Shown: one piece after another, positions 9,184-18,195 of the stretch
Layout: each line of letters opens with the position of its first letter
Position numbering within the stretch: the stretch's first letter is position 1
From: Candidatus Micrarchaeota archaeon
GTDB lineage: Archaea > Micrarchaeota > Micrarchaeia > Micrarchaeales > CABMGC01
Direction of reading: 5' to 3'
Assembly (NCBI GenBank): GCA_021848025.1
Contig: JAJZND010000025.1
Span: 44,718 to 104,313, forward strand
DNA: 59,596 nt
Program-made: the position numbers and the translations under genes
The notes under the pieces: model-generated
The model's input: only the letters and a program-made list of their open reading frames with translations
Databases searched by the model: none
Told to the model about the DNA's origin: nothing

Positions 9184-10481
9184 AAACAGATATTGATCCG
9201 TATAAGGATTTTGTAGATCTTGATTATAAGCCTAAGCAAAATGACATCGTATGCCTCTTCAAGGTGCATCCTGCAAAAGGCATGTCAATGGAGAATGCCA
9301 TGGGAAGGATCGCCAGCGAGAGCAGCAACGGCACGTGGGCGGAGCTGACTACCTTGAAGGAGCATATCAGAAAGATGCGGGCCAGGGCATTTTCAATCAA
9401 AGGCAATTATGTAAAGGTAGCTTATCCAATAGAACTTTTCGAAACTGGTTCTGTCCCCCAGCTCATGAGCTCGGTGGCTGGAAACATATTCGGAATGAAA
9501 GCTGTTGCCTCGCTGAGGCTTGAGGACATCTCCTTGCCGAGGGCTTATCTTAGCTCATTCAGAGGGCCCCAGTTTGGGCTTGACGACGTATATGAAAAAA
9601 TATTCAGGATGAAGAAACGCAGGCCCATACTTGTCCATGTGCCTAAGCCGAAAGTCGGCATGACCGTGAAAGAGCATGCTGGTGCAGCAAGGGAAGCATG
9701 GCTTGGAGGGGTCGACCTTCTTAAGGATGACGAGAATCTTACTAACCAGGGTTTCAATCCTTTCGACGCACGCATGAAGCTCATGTTTAAGTATAGGGAC
9801 TACGCTGAAAATGAGACAGGGGAAAGGAAGAGCTACCTTGCAAATATTACCGCTGAGACGAAGGAGATGATAAGGAGGGCGAGGCTTGTAAAGGAACTTG
9901 GCGGCGAGTATGTTATGGTGGATATCCTAACAGCAGGCTGGGCCGCTGTGCAGACGATAAGAGACGAATGCGAAGATTTAGGCCTGGCTATCCATGCGCA
10001 CAGGGCTTTCCATGCCGCTTTTACCAGGAATGCTGACCAGGGCATGAGCATGCTTCTCGTAGCAAAGCTGTCAAGACTTATTGGGGTTGACCAGATACAT
10101 ATTGGCACGGTTGTAGGAAAGCTTTCCTCTCCACGTACAGAGGTACTGGACATAGATGATGAAATCGTGAACCGCAACATCCTCGATCATGCAAGAGTGT
10201 TAAAGGAGGAGTGGGGAACCATAAAGCCTGTCGTTCCGGTCTCTTCCGGAGGGCTTCATCCAGGCCTGGTTCCGTATGTGATGAAGCTTCTCGGGCCGGA
10301 GATTGCAATACAGGCAGGCGGGGGCATAGACGGACATCCGGATGGAGTGGGTGCCGGGGCAGCTGCCATGCGCGATGCAATATCTGCAACGATGAGACAC
10401 GAGAGCCTTGCCGAATACGCTATGCACAGCCCTGAACTCAAAGCTGCGCTGGAATACTGGGGAGGGAAGAGGCCCATATGA
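9171..10481 (+). CDS. rbcL: ribulose-1,5-bisphosphate carboxylase/oxygenase large subunit, form III
   Basis: Catalytic strings PKPKVG, LLKDDENL (carbamylated Lys plus Mg ligands), IHAHRAFHAA, IHIGT and SSGGLHPG. GTG start at 9171 overlaps the e2b2 stop. Confidence 0.95.
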   Translation: MDVLKTDIDPYKDFVDLDYKPKQNDIVCLFKVHPAKGMSMENAMGRIASESSNGTWAELTTLKEHIRKMRARAFSIKGNYVKVAYPIELFETGSVPQLMSSVAGNIFGMKAVASLRLEDISLPRAYLSSFRGPQFGLDDVYEKIFRMKKRRPILVHVPKPKVGMTVKEHAGAAREAWLGGVDLLKDDENLTNQGFNPFDARMKLMFKYRDYAENETGERKSYLANITAETKEMIRRARLVKELGGEYVMVDILTAGWAAVQTIRDECEDLGLAIHAHRAFHAAFTRNADQGMSMLLVAKLSRLIGVDQIHIGTVVGKLSSPRTEVLDIDDEIVNRNILDHARVLKEEWGTIKPVVPVSSGGLHPGLVPYVMKLLGPEIAIQAGGGIDGHPDGVGAGAAAMRDAISATMRHESLAEYAMHSPELKAALEYWGGKRPI

Positions 10482-10502
10482 CGGACATTATGTCGCAGCA
10501 GG

Positions 10503-12050
10503 ATGATTTATATGGAATTTGAAATCAGGAATGTAGGAATAGATACAGGGGCAAATGTGGTGCTTATCAATGGGCATGATGCCACAGTATACGGTTTGGC
10601 ACCCGGAGACAGGGTCGAAATTTATGCAGAAGGCAGCAGTAGAAAAAGCATAGCCATTGTTGACGTAGCCAACCTCACAAAGAGAAACCGCATAGGCTTG
10701 ACAAGCGAACTGAGCAGGGAGCTCAGGCTAAGGAATGGAGCCAAAGTTAAGCTTGCAAAGATGGAACAGCCTAAGTCGCTCGCGGTTATTAAGGAGAGGC
10801 TAAGGGGGCGGCGCCTCCCTTACGAAAGCCTTTACAGCATCGTCAGGGATGTGGTTGAAAGGAGGCTCAGCAGGGACGAGATAACCGCTTTCCTGGTCGG
10901 GCTGCATGCACATAGCCTGACCATAGAGGAAGCAGAGTATATGTCTATGGCAATGGTTAATACCGGAGAGGTGCTCGGACTGAAGAAGAAAAGGATATTT
11001 GACAAACACTCGATAGGCGGCACTCCGGGTGACAAGACAACGCTTCTGGCAGTACCCATAGTTGCTGCTGCGGGGCTCACGATACCTAAAACGTCATCCA
11101 GGGCCATAACGTCCGCTGCAGGAACCGCAGACAGGGCAGAGGCTTTTATGCCTGTAAACCTTAACGTTGACGAAATGAGGCGCGTAGTGAACAGAATCAA
11201 TGGCTGCATTGTATGGGGAGGCGCAGTCCATCTTGCTCCTGCTGACGATATCTTCATAAGGGCAGAGTATCCGCTCTCGATAGACCCGCTGCTCCTGCCA
11301 TCTATAATGTCCAAGAAGAAGGCTGCCGGAGCAACAGACATGGTGCTTGACGTGCCTGTAGGGGATAAGGAAAAGAGCCCTTCCGATGCAGAACTGCTTA
11401 TCCGGGATTTTATGTATCTGGGAAGGCGCATGGGAATAAATGTGCATGGAGCAATAACGCGCGGCGACCAGCCGATAGGCTACGCCATAGGAGCTGGCGC
11501 AGAGGCGCGCGAGGCGCTCTCTGTGATCAGGAACATTAAGAACGTGCCGGACATAATTGACAAGGCAACCGGCATTGCTGGCATGATATTGGAATTAGGA
11601 GGCAAGCGCCAGGGAAAGAAGCTTGCCAAGAGCATACTCAGAAGTGGTCTGGCAGAAAAGAAGATGAATGAGATAATAAGCTGGCAGGGAGGCGATCCGA
11701 AGATAAGGCCTGAAGAGATACCGCTTGGAAGGCACAGTGCCACCGTCCTTTCAGACCGCAATGGAACTGTGCTCAGCATGAACAATATAGCATTGGCATC
11801 TGCAACGCGAATACTGGGCGCTCCGCTGGATAAGCGTGCAGCCATAATCCTGCACAGGAAGCTCGGCGAGAACGTTAAGAAAGGAGAGGCCGTCTTTACG
11901 CTCTATTCTGAAAGCTCTGGAGCAATAGATGATGCGGAGAAGCACCTTAGGGAGAATTCTGCCATGCTTATAGGCAGCGGAAATGAAATGCTTATAAAAA
12001 GGATAGTTAAGGTAAAGACTTCGCATCCGCACTTCGCACTGGAGAGATAG
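10503..12050 (+). CDS. deoA: AMP phosphorylase (thymidine phosphorylase family with N-terminal extension)
   Basis: DKHSIGGTPGDKTT, TSSRAITSAAGTAD and SIMSKKKAAG motifs of the pyrimidine-nucleoside phosphorylase fold, plus the extra N-terminal domain typical of archaeal AMPpase. It follows rbcL. The start could instead be the ATG at 10512. Confidence 0.85.
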   Translation: MIYMEFEIRNVGIDTGANVVLINGHDATVYGLAPGDRVEIYAEGSSRKSIAIVDVANLTKRNRIGLTSELSRELRLRNGAKVKLAKMEQPKSLAVIKERLRGRRLPYESLYSIVRDVVERRLSRDEITAFLVGLHAHSLTIEEAEYMSMAMVNTGEVLGLKKKRIFDKHSIGGTPGDKTTLLAVPIVAAAGLTIPKTSSRAITSAAGTADRAEAFMPVNLNVDEMRRVVNRINGCIVWGGAVHLAPADDIFIRAEYPLSIDPLLLPSIMSKKKAAGATDMVLDVPVGDKEKSPSDAELLIRDFMYLGRRMGINVHGAITRGDQPIGYAIGAGAEAREALSVIRNIKNVPDIIDKATGIAGMILELGGKRQGKKLAKSILRSGLAEKKMNEIISWQGGDPKIRPEEIPLGRHSATVLSDRNGTVLSMNNIALASATRILGAPLDKRAAIILHRKLGENVKKGEAVFTLYSESSGAIDDAEKHLRENSAMLIGSGNEMLIKRIVKVKTSHPHFALER

Positions 12051-12420
12051 TCGGGAAAGGCAGCTGTGCAGATGCGCTTACCTTCACGGCGATTGGCGAG
12101 CAGGTTAGACATGCAACGAAATCGGATAGAAGAAACCTAAGAAATTGTAACGAATTTATAAATTTATTGGTACTGCATCCCTGACTGGCCACACCTTACC
12201 TGCTTCTGCAATCATTGCGTGCCGGCACCGCAAATATCCATATATCATACCCATTGCAGAAGATTTATATAATCGATATCTGATAATAGATATTGGATAT
12301 ACGATATAGAAGCGCTTGCCCGGATAGTTGTGGCATTTGCTTAAATTAATAATTTTTAGTAGGAGGTTTGTACGCGATATATGCGATGGCTAGGAGTTAT
12401 TTGACTGTAAGAAGATTGTT

Positions 12421-13134
12421 ATGGAAAAAAACGCCAGGCGCTCAGATGTGGTAATAGAGCTGGACCATGTTGTGAAGGTGTACGGAACCAAGAAAACAGA
12501 GTACACTGCAATAAAGGATATTTCCATGACTGTAAAAAAGGGCGAATTTGTTTCAGTGCTCGGACCATCCGGAAGCGGAAAGACTACGCTTATGAATCTT
12601 ATAGGTACGCTTGACAGGCCCACCTCAGGCAGAATACTCTTAGACGGTGTAGACACATCAACCCTCAGCTCCAGGGAACTGGCAGTGCTTAGGAACAGGA
12701 AAATAGGCTTCATATTTCAGTCTTATAACCTCGTTCCGTATCTCAACGTCCTTGAGAATGTTACCCTGCCATTGATTGTCGACGGCTTAGATACAACAGA
12801 AAATATAGAAAGGGGAAGGGAGATGCTTAAGGAAGTCGGCCTTGATGGAAAGCTGGCGCTTAAGCCTAATGAGCTGAGCGGGGGCCAGCAGCAGAGAGTT
12901 GCAATTGTAAGGGCTCTGATAAACAGGCCGCCTATAGTCCTTGCTGACGAGCCTACCGGCAATCTTGACTCGAAAACCTCGGATGCAGTAATGCAGATGC
13001 TCAAAAGAATGGCCAAAGAAAATAACATAACCATAGTTATGGTGACTCATGAGCAGGATATAGCCGAATTTTCTGAGAGAAGTATATACTTGAAAGACGG
13101 GATAATAGAAAAATATGTGACGGTGAAAAAATGA
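12421..13134 (+). CDS. ABC transporter ATP-binding protein (MacB/LolD-like)
   Basis: Walker A GPSGSGKTT, signature LSGGQQQRV, Walker B VLADEPTGNLD, H-loop VTHE. Confidence 0.9.
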   Translation: MEKNARRSDVVIELDHVVKVYGTKKTEYTAIKDISMTVKKGEFVSVLGPSGSGKTTLMNLIGTLDRPTSGRILLDGVDTSTLSSRELAVLRNRKIGFIFQSYNLVPYLNVLENVTLPLIVDGLDTTENIERGREMLKEVGLDGKLALKPNELSGGQQQRVAIVRALINRPPIVLADEPTGNLDSKTSDAVMQMLKRMAKENNITIVMVTHEQDIAEFSERSIYLKDGIIEKYVTVKK

Positions 13135-14795
13135 AAAACAAATTGCCAATGTTCGCATTATACGCGCTGGGATTTTTGATTGCTGCAGGCACAGTAAATG
13201 CTGCAGCGTATTGTCAGACTGGATCAGGAATAGGTTTTAAGGTAATAGGAGTTAACTGGGGTACGGCCAATCATACGGTCTCCGCAGGTCCCGGAAACAT
13301 GGATGTACCCCTTACGGTAACGCTTCAGACTTATAACAGTGCATGCAACCTCTTCAATGTGCAGGGAACTCTGCAGCTCGGGGGAAGCCTTACAAACTTC
13401 AACGGTTCGAGCATCTCCAATGATTATGTGCAGGAACTTACTTCCTCGCAGTTATTCAGCATGGTCTTCTACCTGAATATTGCAAATGACACAGCTGCGG
13501 GGCCAAACACCGTACTGTCATATCCGCTTTATATTGCATGGAACTATACCAATTCAACAATAAGAGATACTCAGCAGATAAACCTGGGAATACCACTCAG
13601 AGGCTCTTCTGACCTTTCTTATAGCACGCCGAATCCTGCACTGCCCGGAGGCAAGCTCTACAATTTCACATTAGAGGTTAGCAATGCCGGCACCGGCTAC
13701 CTTTCGGATATCTCTACCAATATAGAGCCGACTTCAGGGGTTAGCATACTTAGCCAGCCGCAGGAAATCAGCTCATTGAGCCCTGGTTCCAGCAAGAATG
13801 TAACGGTTTACTTTTACGTTGGCCCCAGCAGCACAGGTTCACCTATAACATTGAATTTAGATTCGCATTACCTTAACCCTTATGGGTACAACACCTCTGA
13901 AACAAAGGAGTTGGGACTCTACGTTGTTCCAAGCTCGCAGGGTGCGGTTGCAGTATCTGCCTCCAATCAGACTTTGCTTGCCGGCCTTATTGACCCTGAA
14001 AATATTATACTTACAAATAACGGCACGGATACTATAACAAACGTCACTATACTCCTTACGCCGTCCAGCGGACTTAGCCTGATTGATTCGGACGGCTTCA
14101 AAGCGTTCCAATCGATACTGCCCGGGCAGAGCGTTGCATTCCCGGTTAAGCTGTATGTCCAGCCAAGTTCCTCTGCGGATGTGGCGAGCCTCGGAGCCAC
14201 GCTTACATACGTGGATAACGGCCAGTCTGAGAGCACTGGCAGATCCATCAGCTTCCTTACGCCTTCCTACATAAACTTCACTGAAGTCAACAACGTCCTG
14301 CTGCCTTCGGTGCCTGTGCCAGGCTCAATATTCTCGCTCACATCTACTCTGAACAATCTTGGTTCTGGAGACGCTTACGGAGCCAGCGTTATGCCTGAGC
14401 CTCCATCCGGATTCAAGATAGTCGGATCCAATACCACATTTATAGGAAACATTGCAGTAGGTTCACCCACATCTTTTACGGTCAGCTTTGATATCTCTAC
14501 TTCGGTTAAACCAGGCTCGTATAAAATACCGGTAATATTGTCTTATACGAACAACCTAAACCAGAAAATCAGCAGAACGCTGAATTATACAGTTGATGTT
14601 GGCGCATACTCCTCGGGCGCCGCAGGGGGCAATAATTCAGCACATATATACACTAGCGGCGGACAGACAGCAACAGTGCAAAGAAGGGGAGGAGGCGGTG
14701 GCCTGCTGCTTTTAATTGCAATAGTAGTAGTGATACTCATTGCAGCGTACTATCTTTACAGGAAGAGGAGTAAGAGGAATAAGGCGAACAGATAA
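13131..14795 (+). CDS. secreted, C-terminally anchored S/T/N-rich cell-surface protein (COG1361/CARDB-like), encoded inside the ABC operon
   Basis: N-terminal signal peptide MKNKLPMFALYALGFLIAAGTVNA. C-terminus RRGGGGGLLLLIAIVVVILIAAYYLYRKRSKRNK (Gly run, TM helix, basic tail). ATGA overlap with the ATPase and TAATG overlap with the permease. Confidence 0.5.
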   Translation: MKNKLPMFALYALGFLIAAGTVNAAAYCQTGSGIGFKVIGVNWGTANHTVSAGPGNMDVPLTVTLQTYNSACNLFNVQGTLQLGGSLTNFNGSSISNDYVQELTSSQLFSMVFYLNIANDTAAGPNTVLSYPLYIAWNYTNSTIRDTQQINLGIPLRGSSDLSYSTPNPALPGGKLYNFTLEVSNAGTGYLSDISTNIEPTSGVSILSQPQEISSLSPGSSKNVTVYFYVGPSSTGSPITLNLDSHYLNPYGYNTSETKELGLYVVPSSQGAVAVSASNQTLLAGLIDPENIILTNNGTDTITNVTILLTPSSGLSLIDSDGFKAFQSILPGQSVAFPVKLYVQPSSSADVASLGATLTYVDNGQSESTGRSISFLTPSYINFTEVNNVLLPSVPVPGSIFSLTSTLNNLGSGDAYGASVMPEPPSGFKIVGSNTTFIGNIAVGSPTSFTVSFDISTSVKPGSYKIPVILSYTNNLNQKISRTLNYTVDVGAYSSGAAGGNNSAHIYTSGGQTATVQRRGGGGGLLLLIAIVVVILIAAYYLYRKRSKRNKANR

Positions 14796-16093
14796 TGAAA
14801 ATAAAGGATACGCTCTGGCTTGGTGTCAAGGGCATCTCTGAGAGGAAGGTCAGGACAGGGCTTACAGTATTGAGCGTGATGATAGGAGTTGCAGCAATAG
14901 TCGCGCTTATCTCCCTAGTTTCAGGAATCAGCCAGGGCATAGCAAAAGATCTCTCTGCAATAGGTCCCACCACGCTCTTCATGACACCGAAAAGCACCTC
15001 TTTTACTGTGGCGGACATCGCACAGATAGAGTCTCTTCCAAACGTGAGTACAGTAATACCACTGGAGAGGTTTGTGGCAAGCGGTTCAATAGGAGGGCAT
15101 AACGTCACAGCTACAATAATAGGAGTCAATAATTACAGTTTGCAGAACGTGACCGGAGGCGTGAAGCTCATGGAAGGCTCCGTATACAACAATACTGTTG
15201 CTCCGGTAGGGGTTGTCGGATATGACATTGCATTTCCTTCCCAAGGGCAGACGTCTCCGTCAGTAGCAATTAGCACACCATTTTACCTGACTACAGCTGC
15301 GTCAAAGACAATAACGATAATACCTACAGGTATACTGGACAGCTACGGAACTGCCTTTTTTATAGATCCTGATTCGTCAATCTTCGTGCCGCTGGCTGCA
15401 GCACAGAGCTTGACCGGCACCGACACTTACAATATTTTGCTAGTGCAGGCTTCAAATTCCAGTTCTGTAGGTCCTCTGGACACGCTTCTGACCAATATAT
15501 ATGGTAACAGCGCATCGATAATATCGATACAGCAGATAGCATCTACTGTTGCTTCCATAACTAATGCCCTTGGCCTGCTGCTTGGAGGAATAGCTGCCAT
15601 CTCCCTGATAGTTGCCGGGATAAGCATACTGAGCATAATGATGGTCTCAGTAAACGAGAGGATACACGAGATAGGGATACTGAAATCCATAGGCTTCAAG
15701 AACAGAGATATAATGATATTGTTCCTCTCTGAAGCGCTGATAATAGGCTTCCTTGGAGGGATACTGGGAGTGGCAGTAGGCGGAGGCGGTTCCTATGTTC
15801 TCAGCGCGATCTTTTCAAGAGGCTCATCTGCTGCGCCCCCATCAGGCGCAAACCCAGGATCAGGAGGAGGTGCACATGTTGGATTCGGAGGAGGAGGAAA
15901 CGCAGCATTTTCCCAGGGGTCTACATCCGGTTCTTCTAGCTCCTCTTCAGGCTTCTCTTTCAGCCCGGATATAAGCCCAACGATAATAGTAAGCGCCATA
16001 CTCCTGGCAATCGTAGTGAGCGTACTGGCAAGCCTTTACCCAGCGTGGAAAGCCTCTTCTACAGATCCGATCAAGGCTCTTAGGACTGAATAG
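14795..16093 (+). CDS. ABC transporter permease, FtsX/MacB type, with a Gly/Ser-rich insertion
   Basis: One N-terminal TM helix, a large extracytoplasmic domain, then a C-terminal FtsX-like block (ISILSIMMVSVNERIHEIGILKSIGF). About 60 aa of low complexity (PGSGGGAHVGFGGGGNAAFSQGSTSGSSSSSSG) precede the last TM helix. Confidence 0.8.
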   Translation: MKIKDTLWLGVKGISERKVRTGLTVLSVMIGVAAIVALISLVSGISQGIAKDLSAIGPTTLFMTPKSTSFTVADIAQIESLPNVSTVIPLERFVASGSIGGHNVTATIIGVNNYSLQNVTGGVKLMEGSVYNNTVAPVGVVGYDIAFPSQGQTSPSVAISTPFYLTTAASKTITIIPTGILDSYGTAFFIDPDSSIFVPLAAAQSLTGTDTYNILLVQASNSSSVGPLDTLLTNIYGNSASIISIQQIASTVASITNALGLLLGGIAAISLIVAGISILSIMMVSVNERIHEIGILKSIGFKNRDIMILFLSEALIIGFLGGILGVAVGGGGSYVLSAIFSRGSSAAPPSGANPGSGGGAHVGFGGGGNAAFSQGSTSGSSSSSSGFSFSPDISPTIIVSAILLAIVVSVLASLYPAWKASSTDPIKALRTE

Positions 16094-16096
16094 CAC

Positions 16097-16540
16097 TTAT
16101 ATATCTACAGTTATCTTTACATTCCATATTCCTTTCCGCTTCTTTACCTTTAGATTGTGCGGCGTGACTGCTTTTACCTCGAGCAGCGAGTAATCTGCAG
16201 AAGCTGATAGTTTCTTGTAGAGTATGCTTGCTTTAAGGACCTTCTTGTCTCCGGAAAGGTCAAGCCCGGAAATCTTTATGCCAAGCAATGCCAGATTCAG
16301 GGAATATTTCCTTGAGAGGAAATCCTGCAGCGTCATCCAGACAAGGTCATCGATGTTCGTGGCCTCTTCCTTTATCTGCATGCTTAAGATACGCGACCTG
16401 TTCTTCTTTATCTTCCTTACGTCTGACATGACATTGACGAGTGCTAGTGCAGCATTCTCGATCATTTCCCCGACGCTCCTGCCGTAAGCCATAAATGCTA
16501 TGTCGGCAGTGTGGGGCACATACGCGTATTTCCTGAACAT
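16097..16540 (-). CDS. archease (tRNA ligase/methyltransferase accessory chaperone)
   Basis: N-terminal YVPHTADIAFMAYGRSVGEMIENAALAL and C-terminal EVKAVTPHNLKV strings characteristic of archease. Confidence 0.8.
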   Translation of the reverse strand: MFRKYAYVPHTADIAFMAYGRSVGEMIENAALALVNVMSDVRKIKKNRSRILSMQIKEEATNIDDLVWMTLQDFLSRKYSLNLALLGIKISGLDLSGDKKVLKASILYKKLSASADYSLLEVKAVTPHNLKVKKRKGIWNVKITVDI

Positions 16541-16665
16541 ATGCTTAATCCTTACAAAAAGGACTATATATATTTATTGAGATGGCATACTGTCCTGTGA
16601 AGAGAAGAGTAACTGCTGAGATATGATGAAGCCTATATCGCCGGAGGACAATTTGGTGAGAACTT

Positions 16666-18195
16666 TTGCGGCATGATAGAAGATTCCTGTATGTGATTTT
16701 CTTAGTCGCAATAGTAATCACTATGGTAAACCCGCTGCTGTCCACTAACCCTTACATCAGTGACACCGACCCATCTACATATGTAGTAATACCTATGCTG
16801 ATGCTCCCTGTCCTGGCGTTTTTTGTCATAAAAGACGGTATACGGCCAAAACTAACGAAGCACAGCGCAGTGCTCGGGATCGGTTTCTTTCTCCTCTTTA
16901 TCGCACTTACATTATATCTAAGATTTGAACTCTCGTATTACTTTCTGAGCTATGGGATAGACTTTATCCTATATCCGCTGCTCCTGCTCTCTTTTGTTCT
17001 TCTGTTATTCGGAAAAGCGAATGTAAAGCTATTTGTACCGTTGTTAGTCTACTCTTTATTCGTCTCTCCCCTCATTTTATCCCCACTGTTTGGGCTTAAC
17101 ACAGGCTTCGCAATACTGAATACGCAGGCCATATACCATATAATAAGCGCATTTACCAAAAGGCTCGCATATTCATATCCAATAACGCTTACGCTTGGAA
17201 TAAACCATATAGGCATAGGAAACGCCTGTGTGGGACTAGGTGCGATAATAGCCATTGCGCTTTTCTTCCTTGCGCTCTCAAAATTCTATTCCGGAGCCTG
17301 GAGGGACAAGATTACATGGACTGTCACAGGCATAATCCTTTTCATATTTCTCAACTTTCTCAGAATGCTCTTTATAACGATAGTCTGGCTGTATTATGGC
17401 CCAAGCTACGCAGTATCAACCGTACACTCATTTGCAGGCATACTGCTCTTCTACATAGATATAATAGTGATGATATTGGCAGCAGGTAGATTCAGACTTG
17501 CTATTAACAAGATGGGTGTATTCTCCGAACGAAAGATAAAACTTCCTTCGCCGGCTTATTATGGAATAGGCATTGCACTTGCACTTCTCTTTGCGCTGTT
17601 CTACTTCATGCTTACGCTCTACTACTCATCGGGTCTTTATATCTCTCCGCTCCTGTTTGCAAACTCACAGAACAGCAACCTTTCCTATTTTCTTATGAAC
17701 ACAGGCGCAAACAGTCTTGTAAATACAGCGGGTTTCGGGATGAATTACAGCTTTGCTTACAATGGGAGTTATCCTGTCGGAGAGTACATTTTCCTGTACA
17801 ATTCAAGCATAAGTGCAGAGAACCCAATCTTGCTTTATCTTGGAAGCAATTCAGAAAAATTAAGGAGCGTCTTGATTGACAACAGTACTGCCGAAGCTGG
17901 GATTAATGTTTTAGACACCAGGGGCATAAGCTCTTCGGTGTACGAGGTGGAATCAGGTAACGTGAGCTTCTTTGTATATACTGCCACAATTCCTTATGTG
18001 CAATCAGATAGCGTGGTACAGGCAGAGGTGTTTGGAGTGGTGCCTGCAAGTGAGATTGAAAGCAGTCCTGCGTGCAAGCTATATGAAGCGTACGGCACTA
18101 CATTGCTTAATCTGGCCAATACGGGCTTTTACGGCGCAACCGGCAGCAGGATGCGCAGCGCCTACTGCCTCTTTTCAAAGGTGACAGGCGTATGA
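16666..18195 (+). CDS. archaeosortase/exosortase-family membrane protein with a ~230-aa C-terminal extracytoplasmic extension
   Basis: Polytopic N-terminal ~280 aa with an ordered Cys...Asn-x-x-Arg...His pattern (GNACVGLG ... LNFLRMLF ... STVHSFAG), as in the exosortase/archaeosortase catalytic triad. A long S/N-rich tail follows. Confidence 0.55.
   Translation: MRHDRRFLYVIFLVAIVITMVNPLLSTNPYISDTDPSTYVVIPMLMLPVLAFFVIKDGIRPKLTKHSAVLGIGFFLLFIALTLYLRFELSYYFLSYGIDFILYPLLLLSFVLLLFGKANVKLFVPLLVYSLFVSPLILSPLFGLNTGFAILNTQAIYHIISAFTKRLAYSYPITLTLGINHIGIGNACVGLGAIIAIALFFLALSKFYSGAWRDKITWTVTGIILFIFLNFLRMLFITIVWLYYGPSYAVSTVHSFAGILLFYIDIIVMILAAGRFRLAINKMGVFSERKIKLPSPAYYGIGIALALLFALFYFMLTLYYSSGLYISPLLFANSQNSNLSYFLMNTGANSLVNTAGFGMNYSFAYNGSYPVGEYIFLYNSSISAENPILLYLGSNSEKLRSVLIDNSTAEAGINVLDTRGISSSVYEVESGNVSFFVYTATIPYVQSDSVVQAEVFGVVPASEIESSPACKLYEAYGTTLLNLANTGFYGATGSRMRSAYCLFSKVTGV

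Noticed and set aside
10832-11431. 199-aa and neighbouring antisense ORFs inside the AMP phosphorylase gene; the same situation occurs inside rbcL, apgM, the LamG pilin gene, merA, nrdJ and the M20 peptidase gene
   Set aside because: All are fully nested opposite strongly supported genes. They are compositionally biased (S/A/P/L rich), and I saw no recognisable motif in any of them.
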